Shown here in pieces: positions 1 through 8,536 of a DNA stretch of 32,000 nt (within the stretch, counting starts at the first letter, position 1; each line of letters opens with the position of its first letter). Made by a program: the position numbers and the translations under genes. Source of the DNA: Opitutales bacterium. GTDB taxonomy: Bacteria > Verrucomicrobiota > Verrucomicrobiia > Opitutales > PNEW01. The stretch is from contig CBDCNV010000002.1 of assembly GCA_965219535.1 (NCBI GenBank), positions 90,001-122,000 of the forward strand, written 5' to 3'. A model generated the notes under the pieces. The model was not told the origin of the DNA. It saw nothing but the letters and a program-made list of their open reading frames with translations, and searched no databases.

Positions 1-889
1 TCCGGTTAGACGTGTGGCGCTTGAGCGTAGCGCGCGAGAATTCTTCATCGAACAAGGTATCGGGGACCAACCCCTTTTCCTTCATGAACCAGATGAAGAG
101 CAGCCTTGTGATGAGCCGGATGACGTGGCGTTCGGTACCTTCTTCGCCTGCGCCGTCGTCCGGGAAGCGGCACTCGGCGACAGCCCGCTCAAACCAAGCG
201 AACAGTTTGCGGTAGAAACGCTTGTTCAGTGTTTCGATATCGAGCACCCGCTCCCACTCCTCGTGCAGCTCATCGAAACTACGGACCCCCGACTCGCGCA
301 TGCGGGAGAACGCGAGGTCGGAAAGAATCTCGATATGCGCCCGATGCGGCTCGGCCAAGCGGATATCCTTCACCAAAGTCACCCTGTCCAACACGTCACG
401 GCTATCGTCGCGTGTGTGCACGCGCCGGTGTGTGGTGGCCAGTGTCAACGTCGAACCGTGACGGAACAGGAGAATAACCGGCATCGCGAAGAGGCGGTTC
501 ACGGCACGAGTCGTCTCCGCCAAGTGCGTGCGCGAATAGGCATCCCGCGCCATGTCCACCGCAAGGAAGAGGAAGGACTCTATCCGGCCCTGGTCGAACC
601 CATGAGTCTCGAACAGGTCGGACTGCCGGACGATCTCTCCGGCTGTGAACTGGAATACGATTTCGACGGCGGTCCATGATTCGAATAGCTTGCGCTGCTT
701 TTTGGTCAGCTTGTTGCTGTGCGCGAAGCGCTCGAGGAATTCCTGGACGCTGCCGACCTCTGCAGTCCGCTGGCTGCTGTAACCGAGCTCGTCGAGCAAC
801 GCCGTAGCCCCCACCCTCAATGGCGCATCGTCGGCGAGATTGCCCAGTGCTTCGAGTGTTCCACAGGCTACGACTAAGCCGTTAGTCAT
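1..889 (-). CDS. 5' part of a helicase-associated DNA methyltransferase-like (type IIG/Eco57I-/YeeA-like) restriction-modification protein; continues beyond left edge
   Basis: Own translation of the minus strand from ATG 889-887 gives 296 codons with no stop down to position 1. It is not in the ORF track because it has no in-window stop. It begins MTNGLVVACGTLEALGNL and contains ETLNKRFYRKLFAWFERAV...ERHVIRLITRLLFIWFMKEKGLVP. I associate this motif with the region preceding the catalytic domain of gamma-class N6-adenine methyltransferases. The ATG overlaps the helicase stop by 8 nt (ATGACTAA). The catalytic NPPY/F motif lies outside the window. Confidence 0.55.
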   Translation of the reverse strand, partial: MTNGLVVACGTLEALGNLADDAPLRVGATALLDELGYSSQRTAEVGSVQEFLERFAHSNKLTKKQRKLFESWTAVEIVFQFTAGEIVRQSDLFETHGFDQGRIESFLFLAVDMARDAYSRTHLAETTRAVNRLFAMPVILLFRHGSTLTLATTHRRVHTRDDSRDVLDRVTLVKDIRLAEPHRAHIEILSDLAFSRMRESGVRSFDELHEEWERVLDIETLNKRFYRKLFAWFERAVAECRFPDDGAGEEGTERHVIRLITRLLFIWFMKEKGLVPDTLFDEEFSRATLKRHTSNR

Positions 890-3800
890 TGCGTTTGCGT
901 TCCAGGTTCCTCGTGATGACTAGCCATGTAATAAGGTCGAATTTGCCGAGCGGTTCTGGTTCCGGTAATTTCTCTGTGATTACGGCGCCGCGGTTGCGAC
1001 TGAGCCCGGTCAACTCCGCATCCCGGAAAGAACGGGCGATGCTGCGCAGTGCCGCAGCGAGCATGGCATCATGCTTCTCCATGCGTTGGCCCTGTTCGGT
1101 TTCCCGGTCGAAGGCGTCCTCCAGCGCGGTAATCGCTTCGGGACGGCCCGCCGCAAGCGCCCGGAACAGGGCAAGGCATTGTCGGGATTGCCGGAAGGTG
1201 TAGCGCACGGTGCCATCCTCGCGTACATAGACTAGGAAGTATGGCCAGAGGCGGTTCGGGGTGCGTGCGGCGGGGTCGCCGAAGCGTCTCAGGCAGAAAA
1301 TCGCACCGGGCCGCACCAGATCGGTCGCGCTGCCCTTGGTCTCCGGTTGGCCCTCATCCACAACGGCATGGATGCCCAACGGCGCAGTTTCCAGAGCTTC
1401 TCGATTCTGCTGGATATAGTGAAGCAGGTCGGCGACGAAATCATCGAGCGTAAGATCGTTTAAGCCAACGCCGTCATCGGTTTCCTCAATATCGAGAATC
1501 TCGTCGCGCATACGCGTCAACTGCCGGTCGCGGAAGGTAAGTTCCAACTGGACTGCCTCGGTGTGTTCGTCCTTGGTGCGGTCGTCGCGGTTGAGCGGGT
1601 CGTCGAGGCCGGTGGCAGCTGCATCGGCAAGCGCCATCCGCGCTTCGACGCGATTCTTCAGATCCAGATAGCAGTCGAGGTTCTCAGTCGGCCAGAAATT
1701 GGTCATGGCGACCTGTCGATTGCGGCTGCCAAGTCGGTCGATCCGGCCGAAACGTTGCATAAGCCGAACCGGATTCCAATGGATGTCATAGTTCACGACG
1801 AGGTCGCAGTCCTGAAGGTTCTGTCCCTCTGACAGGCAGTCGGTCGCGATCACGATGTCGATTTCACAGTCTTGACTGCCGGCCTGTTGCGCCCTAGGGG
1901 CAAACCGCTCCAGAATGTCGATAAACCGGGATGTTCCCGTGGTGCTCCGGTTGCCGTCCCCGCCGGTCACCAGCGCAATGTGAACGCCGAGCTCGTTGCG
2001 AGCCCATTCTTCGAGATGACTGTACAGATAGCGGGCTGTATCGGCGAAGGTGGTGAAAACGAGTGCCTTGCGGTTGGCGTAGCCATCCTTGTCCAGAGGC
2101 GCTTCTTCGACCTTGCGCTGCAACTCCCGCTTTAACACCGCAAGCTTCTCGTCGCGATCGACAGTGACCAGTTTTGCCTGGCGGTACAGCTCATCGAATA
2201 TCTGACGGTCCTCGCGCAGATTCCGCTGCCATTGGTCGACGTCGAGTTCGTTCAGTCGGTAGCGCCGCCCTTTTCCGATCGCGAACTCGTCGTCCTCCTC
2301 GTCCTCGTCAGGTCGGGCGTCGATTTCCTCCGTCTTACCACGCTTTCGCCATTCTTCAATCAGGTTGTCGAGGTTATCCATCTTGTCGAGTATGCGGCCC
2401 ATTGTCAGCGCAAAAGCGTGTACCGAGCTTTCCAGACGCTTCAGCAGATTCACGCGCATCATGCCGATCAGGAAACGCTCACGGTCGCGCTGGTCGAAAC
2501 GCAGTGTCGCCTTTTCCTCGTCGAGGCCCGATGTGTCCCTTAGGTATTGCGAGGGCATGTAGACAGCAAGCTGAAAGTCCCCGATGCGCCGGTGAAGATC
2601 GTCGTATGAAAGTTCGCCCTGTGTGTCCGACGGGGGGTGCAGGTTTTGCGGCCTCGCCCTGCGCGGGAAGCCGCCGATTGTTGCCGTCACCTCGGGATAG
2701 TAGCGCCGCACATGTTCGCGCGATCGGGCGAAGGAAACAGCATCGAGCAGAGCCAGGAAGTCCGCGCCCAGTCTTTCGAGAAGGGCGGCCTTGTCTGGGT
2801 CTCGGCTGGTAAGGCGCGCTCTTTCCCACTGCTGGAACTCGCGCTGGGCGACGCCGAACATCGACTGAATATTGCCGATCCCGAGCACCTCTCGGAACGC
2901 ATCTTGGCGCTTCTCAGTCATCAGGTAGACTTGGTTCCTGAGGTCGCGCAGGCTCGTGTTGACCGGTGTCGCAGACAGCATCAGTACTTTGGTTTGCACG
3001 CCGCCCTTGAGGGCCTCTTCAAGCAGGCGGTTATAGCGGCTGCGTCTTATGAGATTGCCCGCGTCGTCTCGCCGATCTCGGCCCTCATTGCGGAAATTGT
3101 GGGATTCGTCGATGACGATCAAATCGAACGCACCCCAATTGAATTGGGCGAGATCGACCGCGCCCGCCCGCCCCTCGTAGCGGCTGAGATCGGTGTGCGC
3201 CCGCACAGCGTAGTTCAGGCGGTCTTTCTCGAAGGGGTTGTTACGCGACGACGCCCAGGCTGTGTAGCGGGCCCAATTGTCCTCCAGCCGCTTTGGACAC
3301 AGCACCAGTACCCGTTCGTTGCGCAACTCGAAGAACTTGATGACGGCCAGCGCCGTCCATGTCTTTCCGAGTCCCACGCTGTCGGCAATGATACAGCCGT
3401 TGTGACGCAATAGTCGGTTGATCGCACTCGTGGCGCCATCCCGCTGGAACGCATAGAGGGCCTTCCATATCTCGGTGTCATGAAGATGGATATCGTAGAA
3501 CAGGCCATCACGCTCGACATGCCGTTCCAGCCACGCTTCGAAGACATGGAAGAGCGTTTTGTAGTACACGAACTCAGGCGCATAGGGTCGGCCCAGACGA
3601 TCCAAGGCCGCGAGGACATCGGCTTTCGCATCTCGGGTCAGACTCTCGTCGTTCCAGAGGTCGTCGAACCATCCGAGCAGCGCCGCTCGATCCTCGTCGT
3701 TGCGAAGCTCCAGGTTGAGTTCGACATTGGGCGCGGTGCCAAAGCCGAGCCCGCGGAGCGTGAAGTTGGAACTACCGGTGAGAGCTGTGGACTCGGTCTC

Positions 3801-4253
3801 TTGCGTGACGTGATATAGCTTGCCGTGTAGGAAGTTGGTACGGCTGATCGTTCGGATCTTGACCTGTTGACGGATCCAGGCGGCGCAGGCTTGGGCAAGA
3901 GGCTTCTGAGCCAAGGCCTGTTGCAGCTTCATGCCGCCGTCTTCGTTGAGACGAAAAGACTTGCTTCCATCTCCGCCAGGGTCCGGAGTGCCGGTCACTG
4001 TCGGCTCGCCATAGAGAAAGCGAATCCGCCCAGCTTTCTCCACAACGTCGCGCAGGGCTTCATAGGCGTAGATCGTAAAATAGGCCGAGACGATCGACAG
4101 GTGCGACCCGGGCTTGATGCTGTCGAGCAGGAAATCCCCAACTCGGCGTTTCCGGTTGTCGACGATAGCGTCCACCCCGGCGGAAGCCAGACCTGGCGTC
4201 CTTGGCTGGGCGGGCTGCCTTGACAGCCCGTAATCGTCGGTCGTGTGGGTCAT
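882..4253 (-). CDS. PLD-family (HKD) nuclease domain fused to SNF2/DEAD-like helicase (1123 aa)
   Basis: ORF track. The N-terminal region has an HxK(x)4D-type motif (FLHGKLYHV...GSSNFT). SNF2 motifs present: DSVGLGKTWTALAV (I), DLIVIDESHNFRN (II), MLSATPVNT (III), and LSEGQNLQDCDLVVNYDIHWNPVRLMQRFGRIDRLGS (V/VI). GC-rich codon usage. Confidence 0.9.
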   Translation of the reverse strand: MTHTTDDYGLSRQPAQPRTPGLASAGVDAIVDNRKRRVGDFLLDSIKPGSHLSIVSAYFTIYAYEALRDVVEKAGRIRFLYGEPTVTGTPDPGGDGSKSFRLNEDGGMKLQQALAQKPLAQACAAWIRQQVKIRTISRTNFLHGKLYHVTQETESTALTGSSNFTLRGLGFGTAPNVELNLELRNDEDRAALLGWFDDLWNDESLTRDAKADVLAALDRLGRPYAPEFVYYKTLFHVFEAWLERHVERDGLFYDIHLHDTEIWKALYAFQRDGATSAINRLLRHNGCIIADSVGLGKTWTALAVIKFFELRNERVLVLCPKRLEDNWARYTAWASSRNNPFEKDRLNYAVRAHTDLSRYEGRAGAVDLAQFNWGAFDLIVIDESHNFRNEGRDRRDDAGNLIRRSRYNRLLEEALKGGVQTKVLMLSATPVNTSLRDLRNQVYLMTEKRQDAFREVLGIGNIQSMFGVAQREFQQWERARLTSRDPDKAALLERLGADFLALLDAVSFARSREHVRRYYPEVTATIGGFPRRARPQNLHPPSDTQGELSYDDLHRRIGDFQLAVYMPSQYLRDTSGLDEEKATLRFDQRDRERFLIGMMRVNLLKRLESSVHAFALTMGRILDKMDNLDNLIEEWRKRGKTEEIDARPDEDEEDDEFAIGKGRRYRLNELDVDQWQRNLREDRQIFDELYRQAKLVTVDRDEKLAVLKRELQRKVEEAPLDKDGYANRKALVFTTFADTARYLYSHLEEWARNELGVHIALVTGGDGNRSTTGTSRFIDILERFAPRAQQAGSQDCEIDIVIATDCLSEGQNLQDCDLVVNYDIHWNPVRLMQRFGRIDRLGSRNRQVAMTNFWPTENLDCYLDLKNRVEARMALADAAATGLDDPLNRDDRTKDEHTEAVQLELTFRDRQLTRMRDEILDIEETDDGVGLNDLTLDDFVADLLHYIQQNREALETAPLGIHAVVDEGQPETKGSATDLVRPGAIFCLRRFGDPAARTPNRLWPYFLVYVREDGTVRYTFRQSRQCLALFRALAAGRPEAITALEDAFDRETEQGQRMEKHDAMLAAALRSIARSFRDAELTGLSRNRGAVITEKLPEPEPLGKFDLITWLVITRNLERKRND

Positions 4254-4474
4254 ATAGATTCCTCATTACCAGCTCCATGCCGTGTCCCTTTGGTATTACT
4301 GCGCATCAATCGCCATAGCTCGGAAGGCTCCCCGCACTTGCCGGCAAGTGCAGGGTCTTTCCATCTGCGATCTAAGTCGTCGCAGTTCGGCAACAGGACA
4401 ACAAAGGACTCCCCAATCATCGTTTCTAACTGAGAGCCGACCTCACGCGCCACACCGGCATCCAGACCGCCCAT
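4250..4474 (-). CDS. small hypothetical ORF translationally coupled to the helicase (start uncertain; the track extends it to TTG 4600)
   Basis: The stop TGA (4252-4250) overlaps the helicase ATG (4253-4251) as ATGA. The first in-frame ATG is at 4474 (MGGLDAGVAREVGSQLETMIGESFVVLLPNCDDLDRRW...). The C-terminal part loosely resembles the tail of Phd/YefM-type antitoxins (..P.DDFDR..). See the finding on the frame-shifted antitoxin motif upstream. Confidence 0.3.
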   Translation of the reverse strand: MGGLDAGVAREVGSQLETMIGESFVVLLPNCDDLDRRWKDPALAGKCGEPSELWRLMRSNTKGTRHGAGNEESI

Positions 4475-4747
4475 GCGAACTTCACGGGCAAACAGCGAGG
4501 CATGGTGGCCCGGAACCCGGCCAGTTCCAGAAGCTCGCTGAGGTGGGCTTTGGCCTGAGCAAGATTGACCGTGATTATGATAACAAATAATGTAATGCAA
4601 GCGATTTAAAATTTGTTAATTTCCGGGTCAATTTCAGTCAAGTTTAATGTTTGCCATATGTAACGGAATAGTTGCCTAAATTAATTATATACTCTCTCAT
4701 CTATGTGCAAAGCGATATCAAGCGTAAGCTGGCGTAACTATATGTAA

Positions 4748-5014
4748 CTGATACGATTTTGGGGAGTCACATCATGGCCACCGAATGCGATAGTGATCAC
4801 AGGCTTAGTCCCAAGTAATATGAAAAAAGACATGGCTAGACAACTTGAACTAGAGCATTGTGGTTGGGAATTTTGGCGCGATCTAGCCGGTGCATTTTAT
4901 AGCGATATTGATTCAGCATTAGTACCACTTTGTAAGTTATTGAATAAACGAGAGGTATACTCTGAGGGGGACACTCCGCAACAAAACAATGAAAAAGCTC
5001 AAAAGCGGAGGTAG
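4748..5014 (+). pseudogene. C-terminal remnant of a helicase/DUF559-type (restriction-endonuclease-like) protein
   Basis: The frame is open only from 4748. DMARQLELEHCGWEFWRDLAGAFYSDIDSALVPLCKLL matches the recurrent C-terminal pattern R..LE..GW.F.R.....FY.D....L..L of large AAA/DUF4011-type helicases with an Mrr/DUF559-like end. No upstream body of the gene is present. Confidence 0.35.
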
Positions 5015-5449
5015 CAGAGAGTCTATTACGATGTCCCGATGTATATTTTCACATGATCAGTATTGACAATGCTGAACTAGCAAGCAGAAAATCAAATTCT
5101 AAAACCTCAGCGACACAGATGTTAAAACGCAATTCTTACAATCTTATCTGAAAGGCCGAACCCGAACAACAGTATACTTTAAAATCACTAGCCTCTCAAT
5201 CGCTAAAGTTCCTAGGCATTATCACTAGGGGGACCCTACACAAAGAGTTAGAAAGTAGAATTAAACGATCATTGAGTGTACTAAAAAAAGACAAAATCAT
5301 GTAGAAGAGTGTGGGGCAAAAATATTTGAGTGAGACTAACTAAGGTATTTGGATGAACTCACAGAGTGTTGATTTGTTAGGGTAATAGAGCATTTTAAAA
5401 GGACCGGAGGTAAAAACTGAAAGCTGGGCCAATCGAAATTGGAACTTTA

Positions 5450-7393
5450 TTGCAAAATCGCAACCGCTATTGTGTTCCAATTTACCAAAGGCACTATGTT
5501 TGGAATAAAGACAAGCAATGGGAACCATTTTGGCAGGATATTCGTACAAAGGCGATTGAACGACTTGGTAGTAGGGAACAACGGTTTTCCCATTTCATGG
5601 GAGCAGTTGTCCTAGAAAACCGCGGCAAACCAAGTGTCAAACAGGTGCAATCGTTCCAAGTCGTCGATGGCCAACAACGGTTAACTACTTTTCAGCTTTT
5701 CTTAACAGCTGCGCGACACTACGCTATTGCGATTGATCATTCGAGTGCATCGAACAATATTCAACGTTATGTGATGAACAGCGACCCGCAGCTTATGGAA
5801 GAGCCAGATATAGAAGTATACAAAGTCTGGCCCACCGAAGCTGATAGAGAAATGTTTAAAAACATTGTTTCATCGGATAACAGACACGAATTACGCGAGA
5901 AATATCATAAGTGTTGGTACAAAACACGTGATCAAATATGTACATACAGTTACATACCAAAATTGTTGGGTGCTTATGGTTATTTTTACGACCACATACA
6001 ACATTCAGTTGAGACGGATGACCTGTTTGATGACCTTGAGGAAGCGCCAGAATCTGGGATTGAAAGCTCCTCTGATGCGGAGAATGGCATTCCAAGGGGA
6101 CTAAAACTGGATGCAATTTGGCAATCGCTTCTTGAGGAGTTCAAGATTGTGGAAATAGTCCTTGATGATGGCGATGACGCTCAAGTCATCTTTGAAACCC
6201 TGAATGAAAGGGGCGAGCCACTGCTGGCTGCAGACCTTGTTCGAAACAACATTTTTCAGCGTGCTGATGCGGCTCGAGAAAATGCTGAAGCGCTATTTGC
6301 CACCCATTGGAAGCCATTTGAAGAAGATTTTTGGACTGTCGAAGAAAAACAAGGTAGATACAAAAAGCAGCGCATTGAGTTTTTCCTAGCGAACTTCATT
6401 TCAGCGAAAATTGCCGGAGAAGTAACACTGTCAAAGCTGTTTTCGGAATATAAAGCATTTCTTCGACCCAAGCACGGAGAATCGAGTTTCAGATATCCGA
6501 GCGTAGAAGCTGAAATCAAAGACCTAGCGCGTTATGGGGCAATCTACCGCGACCTGATTGAGCGAAAATCAGATACGGCATTGGTGGAGTTTTCTCGTCG
6601 ATTGAGTAGGTGGGACGTGACGACTGTTTATCCGCTGGTCTTGCGCCTTTGGGAAACCGACGAACTTAGTATAGTTGACAAGACAGGTGCCTTCGAAACC
6701 CTGTTGTCGTTCATCGTGCGACGGGCTGTTTGCGGTCTTACGACAAAAAACTACAATAAATTTTTTCTGGCCATCGTTGAACACCTCAACAAAAGTTATT
6801 GGTCGCTCAATAGATTGAATGAATTTTTATTGAAACAAACTGCAGAGAGTTCACGATTTCCGAAAGACGAAGAATTTACTAAGGAACTAACCCGCAGTAA
6901 AATGTACGAGCGGCTCAGATCGGCGCGTACCAACGCGTTTCTAGTTGAAGTGGAGTCATATCAGCGCGGCAAATTACAGGAAACCAATATCCTACCCGAT
7001 AGGCTTAGCGTTGAACATGTTATGCCTGACTCATGGAAAGAGCATTGGTCGTTGTCAAATGGAATGGAGCCAACGGAAACAGATTTCCGCCTTGCAAGCG
7101 TTGAAATCGAGGAAGATGAATCTGCTGTTGGTCAGATTGTACGCAGAAACCGGTTGAAGCAAAGTGTTGGAAATTTGACGTTAGTTACTCCCTCTTTCAA
7201 CAGTAGATTGAGCAACAAAGGATTCGAGATTAAGAGAAATGCATTCGCCGATCAGTCAGTTCTTATGCTGAATAAGGATATCGCAATTGAAAATGATTGG
7301 GACGAGCAAAGAATTGAGATACGGAGCAAACACATTTCTGAGTTTGCTAAAAAAATATGGCCTGTTCCAATTGTTACCGTAGCAGACAGTTAA
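5450..7393 (+). CDS. GmrSD-family type IV (modification-dependent) restriction endonuclease, DUF262 + DUF1524
   Basis: ORF track. The N-terminal DUF262/ParB-like motifs are IYQRHYVW and VVDGQQRLTT. The C-terminal DUF1524 His-Me finger region is LSVEHVMPDSW...GNLTLVTPSFNSRLSNKGF. The start codon is ambiguous (TTG 5450, or upstream; see finding). Confidence 0.85.
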   Translation: MQNRNRYCVPIYQRHYVWNKDKQWEPFWQDIRTKAIERLGSREQRFSHFMGAVVLENRGKPSVKQVQSFQVVDGQQRLTTFQLFLTAARHYAIAIDHSSASNNIQRYVMNSDPQLMEEPDIEVYKVWPTEADREMFKNIVSSDNRHELREKYHKCWYKTRDQICTYSYIPKLLGAYGYFYDHIQHSVETDDLFDDLEEAPESGIESSSDAENGIPRGLKLDAIWQSLLEEFKIVEIVLDDGDDAQVIFETLNERGEPLLAADLVRNNIFQRADAARENAEALFATHWKPFEEDFWTVEEKQGRYKKQRIEFFLANFISAKIAGEVTLSKLFSEYKAFLRPKHGESSFRYPSVEAEIKDLARYGAIYRDLIERKSDTALVEFSRRLSRWDVTTVYPLVLRLWETDELSIVDKTGAFETLLSFIVRRAVCGLTTKNYNKFFLAIVEHLNKSYWSLNRLNEFLLKQTAESSRFPKDEEFTKELTRSKMYERLRSARTNAFLVEVESYQRGKLQETNILPDRLSVEHVMPDSWKEHWSLSNGMEPTETDFRLASVEIEEDESAVGQIVRRNRLKQSVGNLTLVTPSFNSRLSNKGFEIKRNAFADQSVLMLNKDIAIENDWDEQRIEIRSKHISEFAKKIWPVPIVTVADS

Positions 7394-7552
7394 GTGCTCG
7401 TTCGATGTAGGGACGAAACTGACGTTCACACTAGAAACAACAGAAAAATGGATCTCTGCTTATTAACATTGAACCATCAATTTGGTTGCATGGATCGTAA
7501 AGTTAGGGTTGTTACATTTTCTTAAATCTTGAGTTCCTCCATATCTTTGCAT

Positions 7553-7880
7553 TCAGTCGAAACTCATCTGACTACCCTGACTGTCGTAGCATGCGAGCAC
7601 TTCGCGAAAGTTGTTGATGCCTACTACCAGGTTTTTTTGATGATCTCTCCGGCAAATTCGTCGGGTTCGGGCAAGTTGTCTAGATCGGTCAGGCTGTTGT
7701 CCTTGAAATAGAAAATGTCGAGGATGGTTTTGTCGTGCGCTCTGATCACCTCGTAGCTGTAACAGCGCCAACAGCCTTCCGGTGCCTTTTTCTCGTCTCA
7801 GGGTGGTTTGCGTTTGTGCCAGTTCCCGGGGATGTAGCAACTGATGAGATCTGACAGATTCACAAAGCGCATAGGCTTTT
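7553..7880 (-). pseudogene. hsdM: C-terminal remnant of an EcoKI-type type I R-M methyltransferase subunit (HsdM)
   Basis: Own translation gives ...FVNLSDLISCYIPGNWHKRKPP*DEKKAPEGCWRCYSYEVIRAHDKTILDIFYFKDNSLTDLDNLPEPDEFAGEIIKK, then a frameshift in the A7 run (7632-7638), then NLVVGINNFREVLACYD...*. It matches the HsdM tail pattern (RW/FR.FSYEEI....K.NLDI.WLKD.SL.D...LP.P..LA.EI...L..AL..F..I). There is an in-frame TGA at 7798-7800. The N-terminal approx. 400 aa are absent. Confidence 0.7.
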
Positions 7881-8465
7881 GTCAAAGCTGGAAACAAAGG
7901 CACCCTTCACATGATCTCGGACAAGTCTAGCGAGATCACTGCCATTCCCGAATTGTTAGGATGTTTAGCCTCGAAGGCGCCATCGTGAACAACGATGCCA
8001 TAGGCGACCAAGGGCGTTTACGAGCTGATGTAAAACTCTTCTTCACCAAGGATATAGAGCTAACACTCCACGGTAGGTTCTAAAACGAACGCTCCGAGCG
8101 CCTACCGGTTTATTGCTGCATCAATATCAACTAATTGACCCCCTACACGAATGACTGGGATTGAAGTCCTTCACCATGGTCAAGTACAAGCATGAGTGTG
8201 GTGCCAAATAGGTCCTGGAAAGACGGTTCAGCATCTCTTACCTGCAATACGATGTGTATGACCATAGCCAGACAATCCGAAACAACTAAGGAGTGGAAAG
8301 CCCTCTTCATTGGATTCTCGACATGAGGGTTAAGGCCCCGGCATGGCTCGTCATCAAGGTGTCGAAGAAATGCTTCAGCTGCATCGCCTCGAACGCCAGA
8401 TTATTGATTGGGGATCGAACTGGGCAAGGGGCCCATTAACGCCCGACAAAGTAGCTTATTAGATA
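7880..8465 (+). pseudogene. degenerate ISAs1-family transposase remnant (N-terminus missing, internal deletion, stops and frameshifts)
   Basis: Own multi-frame translation gives GTLHMISDKSSEITAIPELL, LEGAIVNNDAIGDQ, TLHGRF*NER, LGLKSFTMVKYKHECGAK*VLERRFSISYL and IRNN*GVESPLHWILDM. These correspond to the ISAs1 hallmarks KSNEITAIP.LL, GAIVTIDAMGCQ, HGRIETR, WPGLKS, RYYISSL and HWGIENSLHWVLDV. Confidence 0.7.
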
Positions 8466-8536
8466 AAGCCCCGCCGCCAATCTTGGTCGCAAGTAACTTT
8501 CCGACGTAGTCTGTTTGGCTGGTTGGTGCACCGCTT

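Noticed and set aside
14-679. 221-aa plus-strand ORF (and 12..215, 222..461, 229..477, 402..677) at the left edge
   Set aside because: The translation is compositionally odd and has no recognisable motif. The opposite strand carries an uninterrupted 296-codon frame with clear methyltransferase-associated motifs and a start coupled to the helicase stop. In GC-rich DNA, long antisense shadow ORFs are expected.
1-4253. Calling the helicase/methyltransferase pair DISARM or BREX
   Set aside because: Signature partners (DrmA/DrmB DUF1998; PglZ/BrxC/BrxL) are not in the window. The upstream side is a small ORF and a composition break, and the downstream side is off the edge. Classification cannot be supported from this sequence alone.
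889-4278. About 20 track ORFs (60-260 aa, both strands) overlapping the 882..4253 helicase gene
   Set aside because: They are Arg/Pro/Ala-rich shadow frames of a GC-rich gene. The 1123-aa frame contains all PLD and SNF2 motifs and accounts for the region.
5340-5549. 69-aa minus-strand ORF overlapping the GmrSD start
   Set aside because: It is antisense to the conserved DUF262 N-terminus, has no motif and sits in an AT-rich region where spurious ORFs are common.
7553-7903. 116-aa minus-strand ORF treated as an intact gene
   Set aside because: Only its last ~27 codons are real HsdM-tail sequence. The rest is an out-of-frame read-through caused by the A7 frameshift. The homologous sequence lies in another frame with an internal TGA.
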